Positions 46,136-59,666 are shown, counted from the first letter of the stretch. The stretch: DNA of 64,000 bases from Octopus vulgaris (GCA_951406725.2 OX597838.1:8246001-8310000); one strand, 5' to 3'. Notes: generated by a model from the letters alone, not told the origin. Numbers and translations are program-made.

Positions 46136-46954
46136 AATACATATATATATATATACATAAATACATACACTGCAAATCTATATAATGCGGCAGGTTTAAG
46201 ATTGATGTATACACAAGCAAGCATGGACAATGAGAAACATTATATGGAGCTCGTTTGTAAATGTAATACCTGGATAAAAATGAAAAAAAAACCTTTATAC
46301 TATTATATACATACATATATACATATTCTATATACACACACACACACACATATATATATGTATATATATATATATATCACATTCGCACACACACCCTCCG
46401 ATATTTCTATGGCAACAAGTCCACAGGACACACGCTGAAGCAAGCACGAGTCACCAGGGGGCAGCCAAGTCTTTCAACACACCAACCCACAGTTCCCCCC
46501 CTACTCTTATAAGCTAATTATCAATCAGTAAATCTTCTAACTCCTTAGTTTCACCTCTTCACCCGAACCCTGTGTCACTCACCCATCCCTATATGCCTTA
46601 GATCTCTTCACATAAGCGCTTCGTCCAATCTACTTCCTTTGCAATAATCTACTAAACACCCGCCGCCATATTGTCGTCCCCTTCCAAGCCTCTCTCGCTT
46701 TTGTGTATTTTAATTATAGTTATACATTTTTTTAAGTATTATTATTATTGTTGTTGTTGTTATTATTATTATTATTATTATTATTTTATTTAATTAAATT
46801 AGATCATTGATTAAAAGCAAAAACAAACATACTGCGGTGTTTACGTTGTCTAGCACAGACGTTAACGACTGCAGTCACGAAGACGAAACAAAAAACAAAA
46901 AATGAAGCATAACAACCACAATTACAATTACAACAGAACAACAAAAACGATAAT

Positions 46955-47310
<356 letters not shown>

Positions 47311-47420
47311 TTTTCTTACTGCCGTATACATTTAGTCAGGAGTTTCAGAGAGTACACTAAACACGGCAACTCGGAGGAATACTTTATAATGAGTAAACTC
47401 TACTTTATATATATATGCAT

Positions 47421-47550
<130 letters not shown>

Positions 47551-47736
47551 GAGGGTCTTCATTCAGTTTCCGTCTACCAAATCTACCTACAAGGCCATGG
47601 TCAGCCCGAGGCTATAGCAGAATACACGTGCTCAAGGTGCCACTATATATATATATATATATAAATATATACTCAAACAAGTTGTGAGATTGGGTGGGTG
47701 TATTTCTATTTATGTATGTATATAGATGCAAACGTA

Positions 47737-48472
47737 CGTGACCTGAACAATAAGTATCTGGACTGTCGCCATAGTAACGAAGCTTAAGCATGTAGAATGA
47801 AACCGCTTGGCACAGGCCTCTACTGGCCTCTACTGTACATTTACTGTAGGTCCTTGGCCTCTACTGTACATTTACACTAACTTTTAACGTTCTAGCAGTG
47901 CTTGGAAGGAAGGTGTGTAGCGTGTGTTCGTCGCATTGACCATGACAGAGAAAGCTGAGTAGAGAATCTACATCAAATCTTGCCAAAAGCTTGGCGATAC
48001 CTGCTCAGAGCTCTATCAATAGTTTTCAAAATGTTTTCATCGTTCTCGACCCAATCAAGGAAATCTTGCGCAACTGAAACCCGAGTGTCTTTCTGATCAG
48101 CTGAAAATAGTTTTGGCACAAACTTGACAGACACGCGTCTCATACCCAAATCTGCTGTGGTAATGGATTTAACTGAACCAAAACTAAGCTGCACATCCTC
48201 TGATAAATTACAGATGCTGATTCGACGGTTTGCCCTCACAGCTGCACGCGCATCTACTCTTTTACTCTTTTACTTGTTTCAGTCATTTGACTGCGGCCAT
48301 GCTGGAGCACCACCTTTAATCAAGCAACTCGACCCCGGGACTTAGTCTTTGTAAGCCCAGTACTTATTCTATCGGTCTCTTTTGCCAAACCGCTAAGTTA
48401 CGGGGACATAAACACACCAGCATCGGTTGTCAAGCAATGCTAGGGGGGCAAACACAAACACACAAATACACA

Positions 48473-48522
<50 letters not shown>

Positions 48523-48932
48523 CATACGACAGGCGTCTTTCAGTTTCCGTCTACCAAATCCACTCACAAGGCTTTGGTCGGCCCGAGGCTGTAGTAGAAG
48601 ACACTCGCCCAAGGTGCCACGCAGTGGGACTGAACCCGGAACCATGTGGTTGGTAAGCAAGCTACTTACCGCACAGCCACTCCTACGCCTGCGATGTTTT
48701 TTTTTTCAATTCTGCTTGATGCATGTTTCCCAGAACGTTCGTCAATAACGACACTTTTTCGGTCGTCATGGAAAGGTCTGAACCACTTGAACACATGTGT
48801 GTGGTTCATACACTCCTCTCCATACACTTTCTGCCACTTTGCGTAGGCCTCTGAGCAGGTATCGCCATGACAACTTTCTCTGTCATGGTTAAGGCGACAA
48901 TCACACGTCACACACCTTCCTTCGAAGCACTG
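47737..48932. mobile_element. Rearranged mariner remnant: two 5' ends in inverted orientation, transposase pseudogene
   Basis: TA|cgtgacctgaacaataagtatctggact TIR-like; + strand MTEKAE*RIYIKSCQKLGDTCSE at 47942; - strand GDTCSEAY...VFKWF...ERSG and RRISI...LGMRRVSVKFVPKLFS. Confidence 0.85.
48256..48690 (-). mobile_element. Full-length SINE family A inserted in the mariner ORF
   Basis: Splits the transposase reading NIA|D.RAAVR. Confidence 0.92.
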
Positions 48933-49060
48933 CCGTAAACAGCGGATGATCCGGTCCTTGACTGAAGATTAAAGGCTTCGAATGACCTGTCCGTGTTTTT
49001 TGTATCGTCTTCTGGATGGTTTGCGTTCTTGTCCCATTTTGTATATATATATACATGAAG

Positions 49061-49436
49061 CAGTGGAGGTGCTATAGCTCAGTGGTTAGGGCAGAGTACT
49101 CGTGGTTTCGATTCCCAGACAGGGCGTTGTGAATGTTTATTGAGCGAAAACACATAAAGCTCCACGAGGCTCCGGCAGGGGGTGGTGGCGAACCCTGCTG
49201 TACTCTTTCACCACAACTTTCTCTCACTCTTTCTTCCTGTTTCTCTTGTACCTGTATTTGAAAGGGCCGGCCTTGTCACACTCTGTGTCACGCTGAATCT
49301 CCCCCGAGAACTACGTTAAGGGTACACGTGTCTGTGGAGTGCTCAGCCACTTACACGTTAATTTCACAAAGCAGGCTGTTCCATTGATAGCATCACCTGG
49401 AACCCTCGTCGTCGTAACCGACGGAGTGCCACGACG
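49061..49436 (+). mobile_element. tRNA-derived SINE family D (possibly Ceph-SINE-like) with about 10-bp TSD
   Basis: A box tagctcagtggt, B box ggtttcgattcc; atacatgaag (49051) / atatatgaag (49437). Confidence 0.75.
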
Positions 49437-49980
49437 ATATATGAAGTTATAAGGGTTATTCCATTATTTCGTAACTGAACAACATTCAAATTCCCCACCC
49501 CTAAGACTTTCCACCATTAACCCCACCCACTCCACCCACACTCCGTCCTTCTTACACAACACACTTCTTTAACCTCGGCAACACAACCCTCTACCAACCC
49601 CCCGTCAACCCTTACTGCCGACGCCGCCACCACGACCGCCACCAGCAGCATCACCACCACGTCACAGGTGATTAAGTTTAGCCACCTGATAAAAGAACCG
49701 GGAAATACTAATCCTTCTTTGTTTACCTTTAATTAGAGCAGCTTAATAAATAAATAAATAAATAAATAGATAAATAAATAAATAAATAAATAAATAAAAA
49801 TGCAGGATGTGGTGGCTGGCAATCTCCACCCATCCCCACCCTTTTTCTTATTGTAAACTGTGTCCCGGACATATTGTATTGATCACAGAGAGGGAGGGGT
49901 GGGAAAGAAGGATCCACTAGGGGACTGATCCCTCATCATATCTGGTCACTAGTTCACGTTGAAACACCATAATACTGCTA

Positions 49981-50038
<58 letters not shown>

Positions 50039-50235
50039 AACTAATAATAATAATAATAATACTGCTACTACTATCACTCCTATTTTTACTACCACCATTG
50101 CTATTAGTATTACTACCACTACCACCATTACTACTACTACTACTCCTACTACTACATTAAGGGACTAATCCTTCCTGCTGTATGATCCACGTCTTTTGAC
50201 GCACCTCTATACTGGCGGCCGTGGTAGACTTGATA

Positions 50236-50306
50236 GTGGTGATGATGATGATGATGACGATGATGATGATGACGACGACGATGATGACGATGAAGACGAT
50301 GATGAC

Positions 50307-50357
<51 letters not shown>

Positions 50358-50513
50358 CACGACGATGACGACGACGATGATGATGCCGATGATGATGATG
50401 ATGATGTTGATGATGACGACGACGACGAAGATGATTACGACGATGATGATGATGACGATGATGATGATGATGATTATGATGATGACGACGACGATGATGA
50501 CGACGACGACGAC

Positions 50514-50549
<36 letters not shown>

Positions 50550-50590
50550 AGTCGTGGTGGTGGTGGTGGTGGTGGTGGTGGTTGGTGGTT
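50236..50590. repeat. (GAT/GAC)n-(GGT)n microsatellite
   Basis: Direct reading. Confidence 0.95.
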
Positions 50591-50654
50591 GGGTGGGATG
50601 GGGATGGTGACGGAACTCCGTCGGTTGTCAATGACGATTCAGAGGTTCGATCAA

Positions 50655-50991
50655 CGGATAGACAAAGCCTACTTTTTCGTGATCCTTTGATATATCGAGT
50701 GCTTGTATCATCAGTGTCCCGTTTTATTCCCATAAATTTCATTCTTCGGTCTTTGAAATTTGAGACTAACTGAGACAAGGCTAAAGTATTTTTCCATGTA
50801 TTTTAATCTGCCTGAGTATAATTGCTGGTTGTAACAACCGGTGAAACTGTTTGCAATGTTTTGTAAAGCTTATTGTTTGTTAAGCTTGAATTGCTCTCCC
50901 TTGGTCCTGTATAATTCCTTTCAAAGCTGTCTGGAGGTTTTGTAAATGCTTATATCACATCTATAGAAAGACAGGGTCTCTTGTGATTGCC
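50655..50991 (-). pseudogene. Decayed Penelope-like element GIY-YIG endonuclease remnant
   Basis: Minus-strand pieces CLSIDVI*A, RNYTGPRE, ENTLALSQLVSNFKD...IKR...RYIKGSRKSRLCLS, colinear with the PLE pattern CL..VIY.A / YIG / T.LS..IW.LKD / Y..GS..C.LCL. Confidence 0.6.
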
Positions 50992-51007
50992 GGTACTGAG
51001 AATTCAG

Positions 51008-51119
51008 AAGGCGGCGAGCTGGCAGAAACGTTAGCAAGCCGGGCGAAATGCGTAGCCGTATTTAGTCTGCCGTTACGTTCTGAGTTCAAATTCCGCCGAG
51101 GTCGACTTTGCCTTTCATC
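51008..51119 (+). mobile_element. SINE B 5' half
   Basis: aaggcggcgagctggcagaaacg...gcctttcatc. Confidence 0.9.
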
Positions 51120-51466
51120 TGTAGTGGTATTAGTCTTGCGTTGCGGTGGCGATGCATAGATGTCGGAGTAATATGGTGGGGAAACGTATGGTGGCAAGAG
51201 TGGTAGCATGGTGGTGGTGGCAGTACTCTGTTCATAGTGGAGCTGTGCATTTTTGGTACGAAATATTACCTACCCCACCACCACACGTCATTCGAGGCAT
51301 CATTTTGTTTATCGATAGCCTCAGGCCACCGGCACATCTCCCTCATCTTTTACATGTTTCTCTCGTTGGCCTCATATTTATTTTATCGTTCTCGTTTGTC
51401 GAATATTTACCTTACAGAACTTAAATAAACCAACGTCGGTTGCTAAGAGGTGTTAGGGACAAATAA

Positions 51467-51698
51467 AGGCGGCGAGCTGGCAGAATCGTTAGCACGCCGG
51501 GCGAAATACTTAGCGGTATTTCATCAGCCGCTACGTTCTGAGTTCAAATTCCGCCGAGGTCGACTTTGCCTTTCATCCTTTCGGGGTCGATAAATTAAGT
51601 ACCAGTTACGCACTGGGGTCGATGTAATCGACTTAATCCGTTTGTCTGTCCTTGTTTGTCCTCTCTGTGCTTAGCCCCTTGTGGATAGTAAAGAAATA
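51467..51698 (+). mobile_element. Full-length SINE B (B1 tail)
   Basis: Complete head, gcctttcatcctttcggggtcgataaattaagtaccag domain, tail gccccttgtggatagtaaagaaata. Confidence 0.92.
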
Positions 51699-52217
51699 GG
51701 TATTGAGAATTCAGCACTTATAAACCTAAGATAGGGTCTATAAGGGTACATGTTTGCAGTAATATTCAGTTGTGAGAAATGGTGTTGTCCAGGTAAGATG
51801 AGTGAATCCCGAAAGCAAGAATGTAAAACGTGCTGTCTTTGTGTGTCGGTAAGATATGTTGGTTTATTGATGGAAATCAAAATTGAGCGATGTCTTAGAC
51901 CAGGTTACGATTGCTTTTCTGGGGTTTTCTTTCTGTGACATGAGAGTCTGCGTGTACGAACACATGCCTGTGTGTGTAAAAAAATGTAAAAGTTACCAAA
52001 ATGGTAAGATATTCAACTATATAAACATAACGTTTTGCGTCGTCATTAAAACAAAACGAAAAATACGTACATACATGCATACATACATACATACATACAT
52101 ACATACATACATACATACATACATACATACATACATACATACATACACATACACATACACACACATACATACATACATACATACATACATACATACATAC
52201 ATACATACATACATACA

Positions 52218-52253
<36 letters not shown>

Positions 52254-52323
52254 CGTTTATATATTTGTTGTGCAAGATTTTTTATTGGCTAAACTGGCAA
52301 AATGACCATTCCGAAATACAACA

Positions 52324-52407
<84 letters not shown>

Positions 52408-52764
52408 CATAATGTGCAGATATACACACATATCTACCTTTTTAGAATCACATACGTTCTGTAAGGTTTGTTGCTTTCTTTCTATGTATTTCAATTTGTG
52501 TTGGCTTCCTCTCTCTCCTCTTTGCTACTCACACACACACACACTCACACACACACACATACATACATACATGCATGTATATATATATCATGTACAGTTT
52601 TTACATTTCTTTCTCATTACCCAAGTCTTTGGTCTCCTGAGATATAAAAATCTTCACCTGGAATATTTTTTTCACTAATGTCCAAACTACATCTTGAAAA
52701 TATCCATTTTGATGTCATCAACTATTATTGTATTTATCATCATCATCATTATTATTATTATTAC

Positions 52765-52864
<100 letters not shown>

Positions 52865-53576
52865 GTAACAAGATAGGCAAGAAAGAAGACCTTACACTGC
52901 CCCACCCAGACCCCCAAATAGCAACTCTTGTCAACAACAACAATTCACATGAAATTTCGTCGACTTAAAATTTCTTGGAAAGTAAAACATGGAGTCGACA
53001 GAGAGTAATGGAATAAAATACAAAACATTTACAATATGGAGAGCATCAACCAACCACCACTTCCAAGGTGGTAGGAAAGAGTTTTGGGGCGTGTACAGCA
53101 CCGGTTGCCGACGTTTCGAACAAGTAACAGTCTGGGCTACGACTGCGCTGGTGTGTCCAGTTTATTTTAAACGTGTAGAAGTATATTGTGGTGTTAATCT
53201 GCGAAGAGAAATGGCACATTGGGCACACGCTGGAATTGTCTGTGTGGAGTCTATAAAAAGGAAGAGCTTTGAACCTTCGCAAAAATGCTCTATACCGACT
53301 GAATTAAGACTCACACGTGATTTCACAGAGGAGCCGTATGATATAATCCACTTGTTATCTATAAAGGTCCGATGATTGTACGTATTTTTCTTCAGAGCCA
53401 CTTAAGGGCTTTCTGTTACATGAAACCAACGACAACACGCTTTTGGACAATCTCTATACCCATCAATAAGCACAGAATTCGTTCATCATTTAAAATGAGC
53501 TCTCTCTCAACATTTGCGTATTTCTATGTACAATGTTTGCGCGAGTGTCTATATGTGTGTGAGAAAGAGTGTGTGT

Positions 53577-53619
<43 letters not shown>

Positions 53620-53770
53620 GTGCGTGTGTGTATAAACGTACACAAACTGTGCGCGTGTGTATGTCGGTGTATGTATGTATATGCGTATATACAATGATTA
53701 AGGCAATGAATGAACTATGTATGGACGTAGTTGTATGTACATGACATTTATGTATAATGTCAATATGTCA

Positions 53771-53858
<88 letters not shown>

Positions 53859-54019
53859 ATCACCGTTTCCTTGTCGTTAACTGAATAGACCGTGTGTCCT
53901 CTCATACGCCACTCCGATTTGAATGTTATTCCTTATAATATGGATTAATGGATAACAAGTTAATCTAATCCATTCCGCTGATAATCATTTGTTTGTCTTT
54001 AATTAGACTCACTCTTTGT

Positions 54020-54062
54020 ATTGACGCATGTTATCATCATCATCATCAACATCATCATCATT

Positions 54063-54100
<38 letters not shown>

Positions 54101-54177
54101 TATTATTATTATTAAATTACTATTATTATTATTATTATCATTATTATTATTATTATTATTGTTATTATTATTATTAA

Positions 54178-54227
<50 letters not shown>

Positions 54228-54289
54228 CATTATTATTATTATTATTGTTGTTGTTGTTGTTATTATTATTATTATTATTATTATCATCA

Positions 54290-54333
<44 letters not shown>

Positions 54334-54403
54334 GTTGTTGTTGTTGTTATTATTAATATTATTATTATTATTATTATTATTATTATCATTATTATCATCA
54401 TCA

Positions 54404-54446
<43 letters not shown>

Positions 54447-54448
54447 CA
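54020..54448. repeat. (ATC)n/(ATT)n/(GTT)n compound microsatellite
   Basis: Direct reading. Confidence 0.95.
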
Positions 54449-54612
54449 CTGTGGTCTTACCCTTTTCTTCATTGATCTTTTATGTAAACTCCAAACAAAC
54501 TCTAGATCGTCTTTGTGGTGTCCCCCTCACCCATGCCTCTGCGGTTGATATAAAAAAATCATCATCATTATCATGATTAATATAAATAAGTCTAGGTGTA
54601 TGCATATATGTT

Positions 54613-55050
54613 TATGTATGTATGTATGTATGTATGTATGTATGTATGTATGTATGTATGTATGTATGTATGCATGCATGTATGTATGTATGCATGCATG
54701 TATGTATGCATGTATGTATGTATGTATGTATGTATGTATGTATGTATGTATGTATGTGTGTGTATGTATGTATGTATGCTTGCGTGCAGGCATGTATGTA
54801 TGTATTATGTATGTATGTATGCATGCATGTATGTATGTAGGTATGTATGAATGCATATATGTATGTATGTATGTATGTAAGTATGTATGTATGTATGTAT
54901 GTATGTATGCATATATGTATGTATGTAATTTGTATGTATGTATGTATGCATGCATGCATGCATGTATGTATGTATGTATGTATGCATGTATGTATGTATG
55001 TATGTATGTATGTATGTATGTATGTATGTATGCATGCATGTATGTATGTA
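54613..55050. repeat. (TATG)n tract
   Basis: Direct reading. Confidence 0.95.
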
Positions 55051-55054
55051 CATA

Positions 55055-55230
55055 AGGCGGTGAGCTGGCAGAATTGTTAGCGCCCTGGGCGAAATGCTTG
55101 CGGAATTTCGTCCGTCTTCACGTTCTGAGTTCAAATTCAGCCGAGGTCGACTTTGCTGTTCATCCTTTCGGAGTCGACGAAACACGTACCTTTTGAGCAC
55201 CGGGATCGATGTAATCGAACCATTCCCTCC
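55055..55230 (+). mobile_element. SINE family B, 3'-truncated
   Basis: aaggcggtgagctggcagaattgttagc...catcctttcggagtcga. Confidence 0.85.
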
Positions 55231-55379
55231 CTCGGCGGAGGCGGCAGTGAAGGAGGCGCAGTTGATGCGGAGGAGGAGACGGAGCCGGTGCTGCTGGTGG
55301 CGTAAGTGACAGCAACAATCAGAAAAATAAAAATTAGAAACACCAAATGCATTTACAGTTAGAGTGTCGGCAACAGTTA

Positions 55380-55410
<31 letters not shown>

Positions 55411-56132
55411 GGCTGGAATAGTGACAACAACAAACGTTACAACATACACATCAGGTACAACAACAACAACAACAACAGTTATAACAACTGCAACAACAAA
55501 ACAAGAGCAATAAACCAACAGAGCATAATAAAGCACCTTGCTACATCCATAAAACCCCCTCCACACACACACACCCAGGCCACCCTTTTAAGGTACCCCT
55601 GCTTCACAGCACCATCTACACCCACCTGGCTCACGTAGAGTTAATCACTAGTCTCAACAAAAGACGAAGATGTGTGGCTTGCTGATCTGATTATACACAT
55701 TTTCAATTATACATACATGTTTTGAGCTACATATACACCGTAAGACAACAGCCTCCTTCCACACGCACACACATACACTCGTTAAACATATATACATATG
55801 TGTATGTGTGTGAATGTATTTGTGCGTTTGTGTGTGTGTGTGTGAGTACATATTGTTTTTTTGTGTCTTTGTTGCCGTACACATTCGCTAGCTTTCTTAC
55901 AAAGGATTCTAATGCCCTTAGCTTAGGCTTTTTTGGGGGGTGGGGGCAACCAGATCGAACCATCTCAAGTGTAACTGTCCGAAACAGTCGTGATTTCTGG
56001 TACTTGACTGAGGAAAAAAGGCCACGAACCCCTTTTTTCCCCTGTCCTTCTAATTGTTGTTTCTCTTGTCCGCCTTTGTATCGTCTATCTGTCCGAATGT
56101 TTTATTGTCCACTATTGCGTTTTTGTTCCATC

Positions 56133-56189
<57 letters not shown>

Positions 56190-56192
<3 letters not shown>

Positions 56193-56281
56193 TCAAAATG
56201 AGCAACAAGGATTTCCAAGGTAGTGTAGTACAATTGTTTTATGCTACTTCATTTTATTAAACACTGTAAGTATTACATCAG
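56190..56281 (-). mobile_element. Third, truncated copy of the long-stem-II hammerhead island
   Basis: Reverse complement of about 20288-20378; stem III is the perfect palindrome acaattgt; abuts a SINE A tail at 56282-56380. Confidence 0.75.
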
Positions 56282-56486
56282 AGAATAAGTCCTGAGGTCG
56301 ATTTGCTCGACTAAAGGGTAGTGGTGCTCCAGCATGGCTGCAGTCAAATGACTGAAACAAGTAAAAAAGTAAAAGAGTAACCTTTGAACGGTACATCACG
56401 TAATCCTAGCAGAAGAGAGATAAAAGTATGGTAACAGAAAACACTAGAATTTTATTAAGCATATATATATATGTATGTGTGTGTGT

Positions 56487-56525
<39 letters not shown>

Positions 56526-56561
56526 CGTGTGTGTGTTTGTATACATGTATACCTATACATA

Positions 56562-58021
56562 TATCTTTATCTTTCTTTATCTTTATCTAGTTTCAGCTCA
56601 CGAGCTGTGGCCATGCTGGGGCACCACAATTCGGTGTTGCTACATGATTTTACTTCACGAATGCTTTTTAGCAATTGCCATTTGGTGCATGAGAGAGTTC
56701 GATGCAGCTGCTCTCATCTGCACCTCCTGCCGTGAAGTTGGTTCATCTGGGACACCTGACAAGAAGAGATCCAGTTTTATTTTAAAGACATCTACATCCA
56801 CCCCATGCAGGTCTCTCAGGTTCTTCGGGAGGATATTGAAGAGCTGTGGGCCTCTGAAGCCCAGGCTATCACAGTATCTTGTCCTACATCGTGATGGCAA
56901 ACTTGGAGTCCTTGGCACTACGCAGTTGCGCCCAGTTCTGGCATTTGTGTAACTCTCGATGCCAAAGTTTGGGACAAGTCCTTCAAGGATCTTCCAGATG
57001 TATATTATGGCATATCTTTCTCGCCTACGCTCTAATGAATAGAGTCTTAATCTCTTGAGTCTTTCCCAGTAGCTTATATGCTGCACAGAGGCTATCTTCT
57101 TCGTGTAGCTTCGTTGGATCGCCTCAAGTTTTGTAATTAACTTGACACTGGATGGTGACCATAGCTGAGAGCAATAGTCAAAGTGACTTAGGACAAATGT
57201 CCTCCAGAGGACCATCATGGTTTCCTGGTCTCTTGTTCTAAAGGTTCTACTAATCCATCCGGTCAGCCGCCTACATTTCATTGCCAATTTAGCAATATGC
57301 ACATGAAAGGTTGCATCATCACTCATGTAAATACCGAGGTCTCGCACTGATTGTGCCCCTGGGATTGCAATCCCTCCAGGTCCAGTGTATTTATTGGGTA
57401 TTGCATTTAGTTTTGCATGCTGATAGCATAAAGCTTGAAACTTTTCAGCATTGAACTGCATGCTATTCTTTTCAGCCCACTTGTATATTTTTTCCAGCTC
57501 ACATTGCAGGTGCTTAGTGTCTTCAGGGTTCTGTATAGCCTGTGAAACTTTTGTATCATCTGCATAACTTGTGACCGTGGCTCTCTGCGTGGCTGAGGGC
57601 ATGTCTGAGAGAGCCATTATGAACAGTAGTGGTCTCAAAACAGTGTTCTGTGGAACACCGCTCGCTATTTGCGTGTTAGTGGAAGTGGCCCCATTGGCTA
57701 CTACCACCTGATTCTATCCTTCAGAAAGTCATGAAGCCATTCTCCCAATTTTCCAACTATGCCAAGATCACGCAGTTTTTGACATATCATTCCATGATCG
57801 ACTTTATCAAAGGCCTTTGCAAAGTCGAGATATATGACTTCCACATTTGAGTGGTTGAGCAGTCGTTTCAGCACCCAGTCATAGTGTTGTAGGAGCTGAG
57901 TTAAGCAGCTTCTTCCTTGTCGGAAACCATGTTGGGTGTCAGGCAGCAAGTTATTTTCTTCAAGGAAGGTGATTAGTTTCCTTCTGACTATTCGTTCCAT
58001 GACCTTGCTGATGTGTGATGT
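56562..58021 (-). mobile_element. 5'-truncated CR1-type (CR1/L2 group) LINE, reverse transcriptase pseudogene
   Basis: TSHISKVMER, QHGFR.GRSC, YLDFAKAFDKVDH, GVPQNTVLRPLLF, YADDT, YWERLKRLRLYSLERRRER; single frameshift near 57710; stop at 56655; short 3' UTR; (GATAAA)n tail. Confidence 0.92.
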
Positions 58022-58022
58022 A

Positions 58023-58405
58023 TCTCTCTCTATATAAACGGCAGTTTGTCTGTGCGTGTTTCTGTGTGTCTGTTTGCTTGTACCCTCACCCTGACCACGG
58101 CTTTCAACCGATTCTGATGAAACTTGACACACACATAGCCCAATGTCATAATTCAAAACTAACGCAGCGAAAATTTTGAAAAGTTCCCCCAGTTCGGAAA
58201 AAAATCAATAAATTCGACATGGGGTCGAGAATCAGAAACACAAACCGCAAACTGTCTAGGGGACGCAACTCTACCTTTTTTAACTAAAAAAAAAATTTAC
58301 CATAATTTTTTTCCATTTTTTTGCCAGTTTTTGGCTATAACTCTCTAAAAATGCTTTATAGTTATTTCCCTTACAAACCTGAGCAACGCCGGGCGATACT
58401 GCTAG
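58023..58405 (+). mobile_element. Non-autonomous Helitron
   Basis: A|TC 5' end (tctctctctatataaa), subterminal hairpin cctgagcaacgccggg, CTAG|T 3' end, no TSD. Confidence 0.8.
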
Positions 58406-58459
58406 TATATAAATAAATGTGATGTATATATAAATAAATGCTGATGTATATATAAATAA

Positions 58460-58558
<99 letters not shown>

Positions 58559-58884
58559 TACATACATACAGGTGTGTGTGTATGTATATATATATATATA
58601 TATATATATGTCATAAGTAACAGAGAAATAGATTGCGGAAATTTTATTTAACAAATCCGAATTTCTGGACAAATTGGAAGACTCTTTCATTGATTTATGT
58701 TGTTGTTCTCATTGTCTTCCATACTTTCTATAAAATTTTTTTAAATATTTACTTATATCTTCAAATTTCTAAGTTTTAAAAATTTCATATCTTTCATATT
58801 TTATTGTTAATACGTATCAATCCCTATATTTCATAAATATTGTCTCTAAATACTTTTAATTCTATTTTGTTATTGTTATTATTG

Positions 58885-58943
<59 letters not shown>

Positions 58944-58949
58944 TTATTA

Positions 58950-59046
<97 letters not shown>

Positions 59047-59052
59047 TTATTA

Positions 59053-59094
<42 letters not shown>

Positions 59095-59666
59095 ATTATT
59101 ATCATTATTATTATTATCTTTTTACTCTATATTTATGATCTTTTATTTTCTATATTTCTAGTAATAAATACCTCTTTTCTTTTATTGTACAAATAATATC
59201 AACTAGTTACATTTTAATTATATTACTAAAATTCCTTTCAATTTATGAGAAAATCCTCTAATTAATTTATATCCATTTTATCATTATCGGCTTCAATAAT
59301 CTTTTAAAATTTTCATCTTACGTGTCTATAATGTTACGTCGAGAATTTAGTATTTTACAAAGACTCTCTTTCACCTGAGAACGTAGCGTAAATTCTCCAT
59401 TATTTTGAAAGATTTTTTTTTTTTTGTATTTCACATTAATGCAGTCATGTAAGTAATTTACTCATTATTAAATATAATAATATAAATTATTTACATGCTT
59501 TTACGTGAAACAATTCGTCATGAAGTTGAATTTTCTGGCCGTTAAATAGAATTTCATCAAACTAGTTCTCTGACATCCTTGATTTATACATTCCTTATTT
59601 ATTCATTCTTTATCTGTATTTCATATCTTCTCTATAATAACAATTACTTAAACATTTTCTCGCACC

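Noticed and set aside
50152-50690. Poly-Asp, poly-His and poly-Met ORFs
   Set aside because: A (GAT)n tract open in several frames; the unique part belongs to the decayed PLE fragment
52989-53375. 128-aa ORF in unique sequence
   Set aside because: No recognisable domain; overlapping antisense ORFs of similar length suggest chance
58022-58156. N-terminal part of ORF 57701..58156 as LINE protein
   Set aside because: It is read through the antisense Helitron; LINE homology starts at TSHISK
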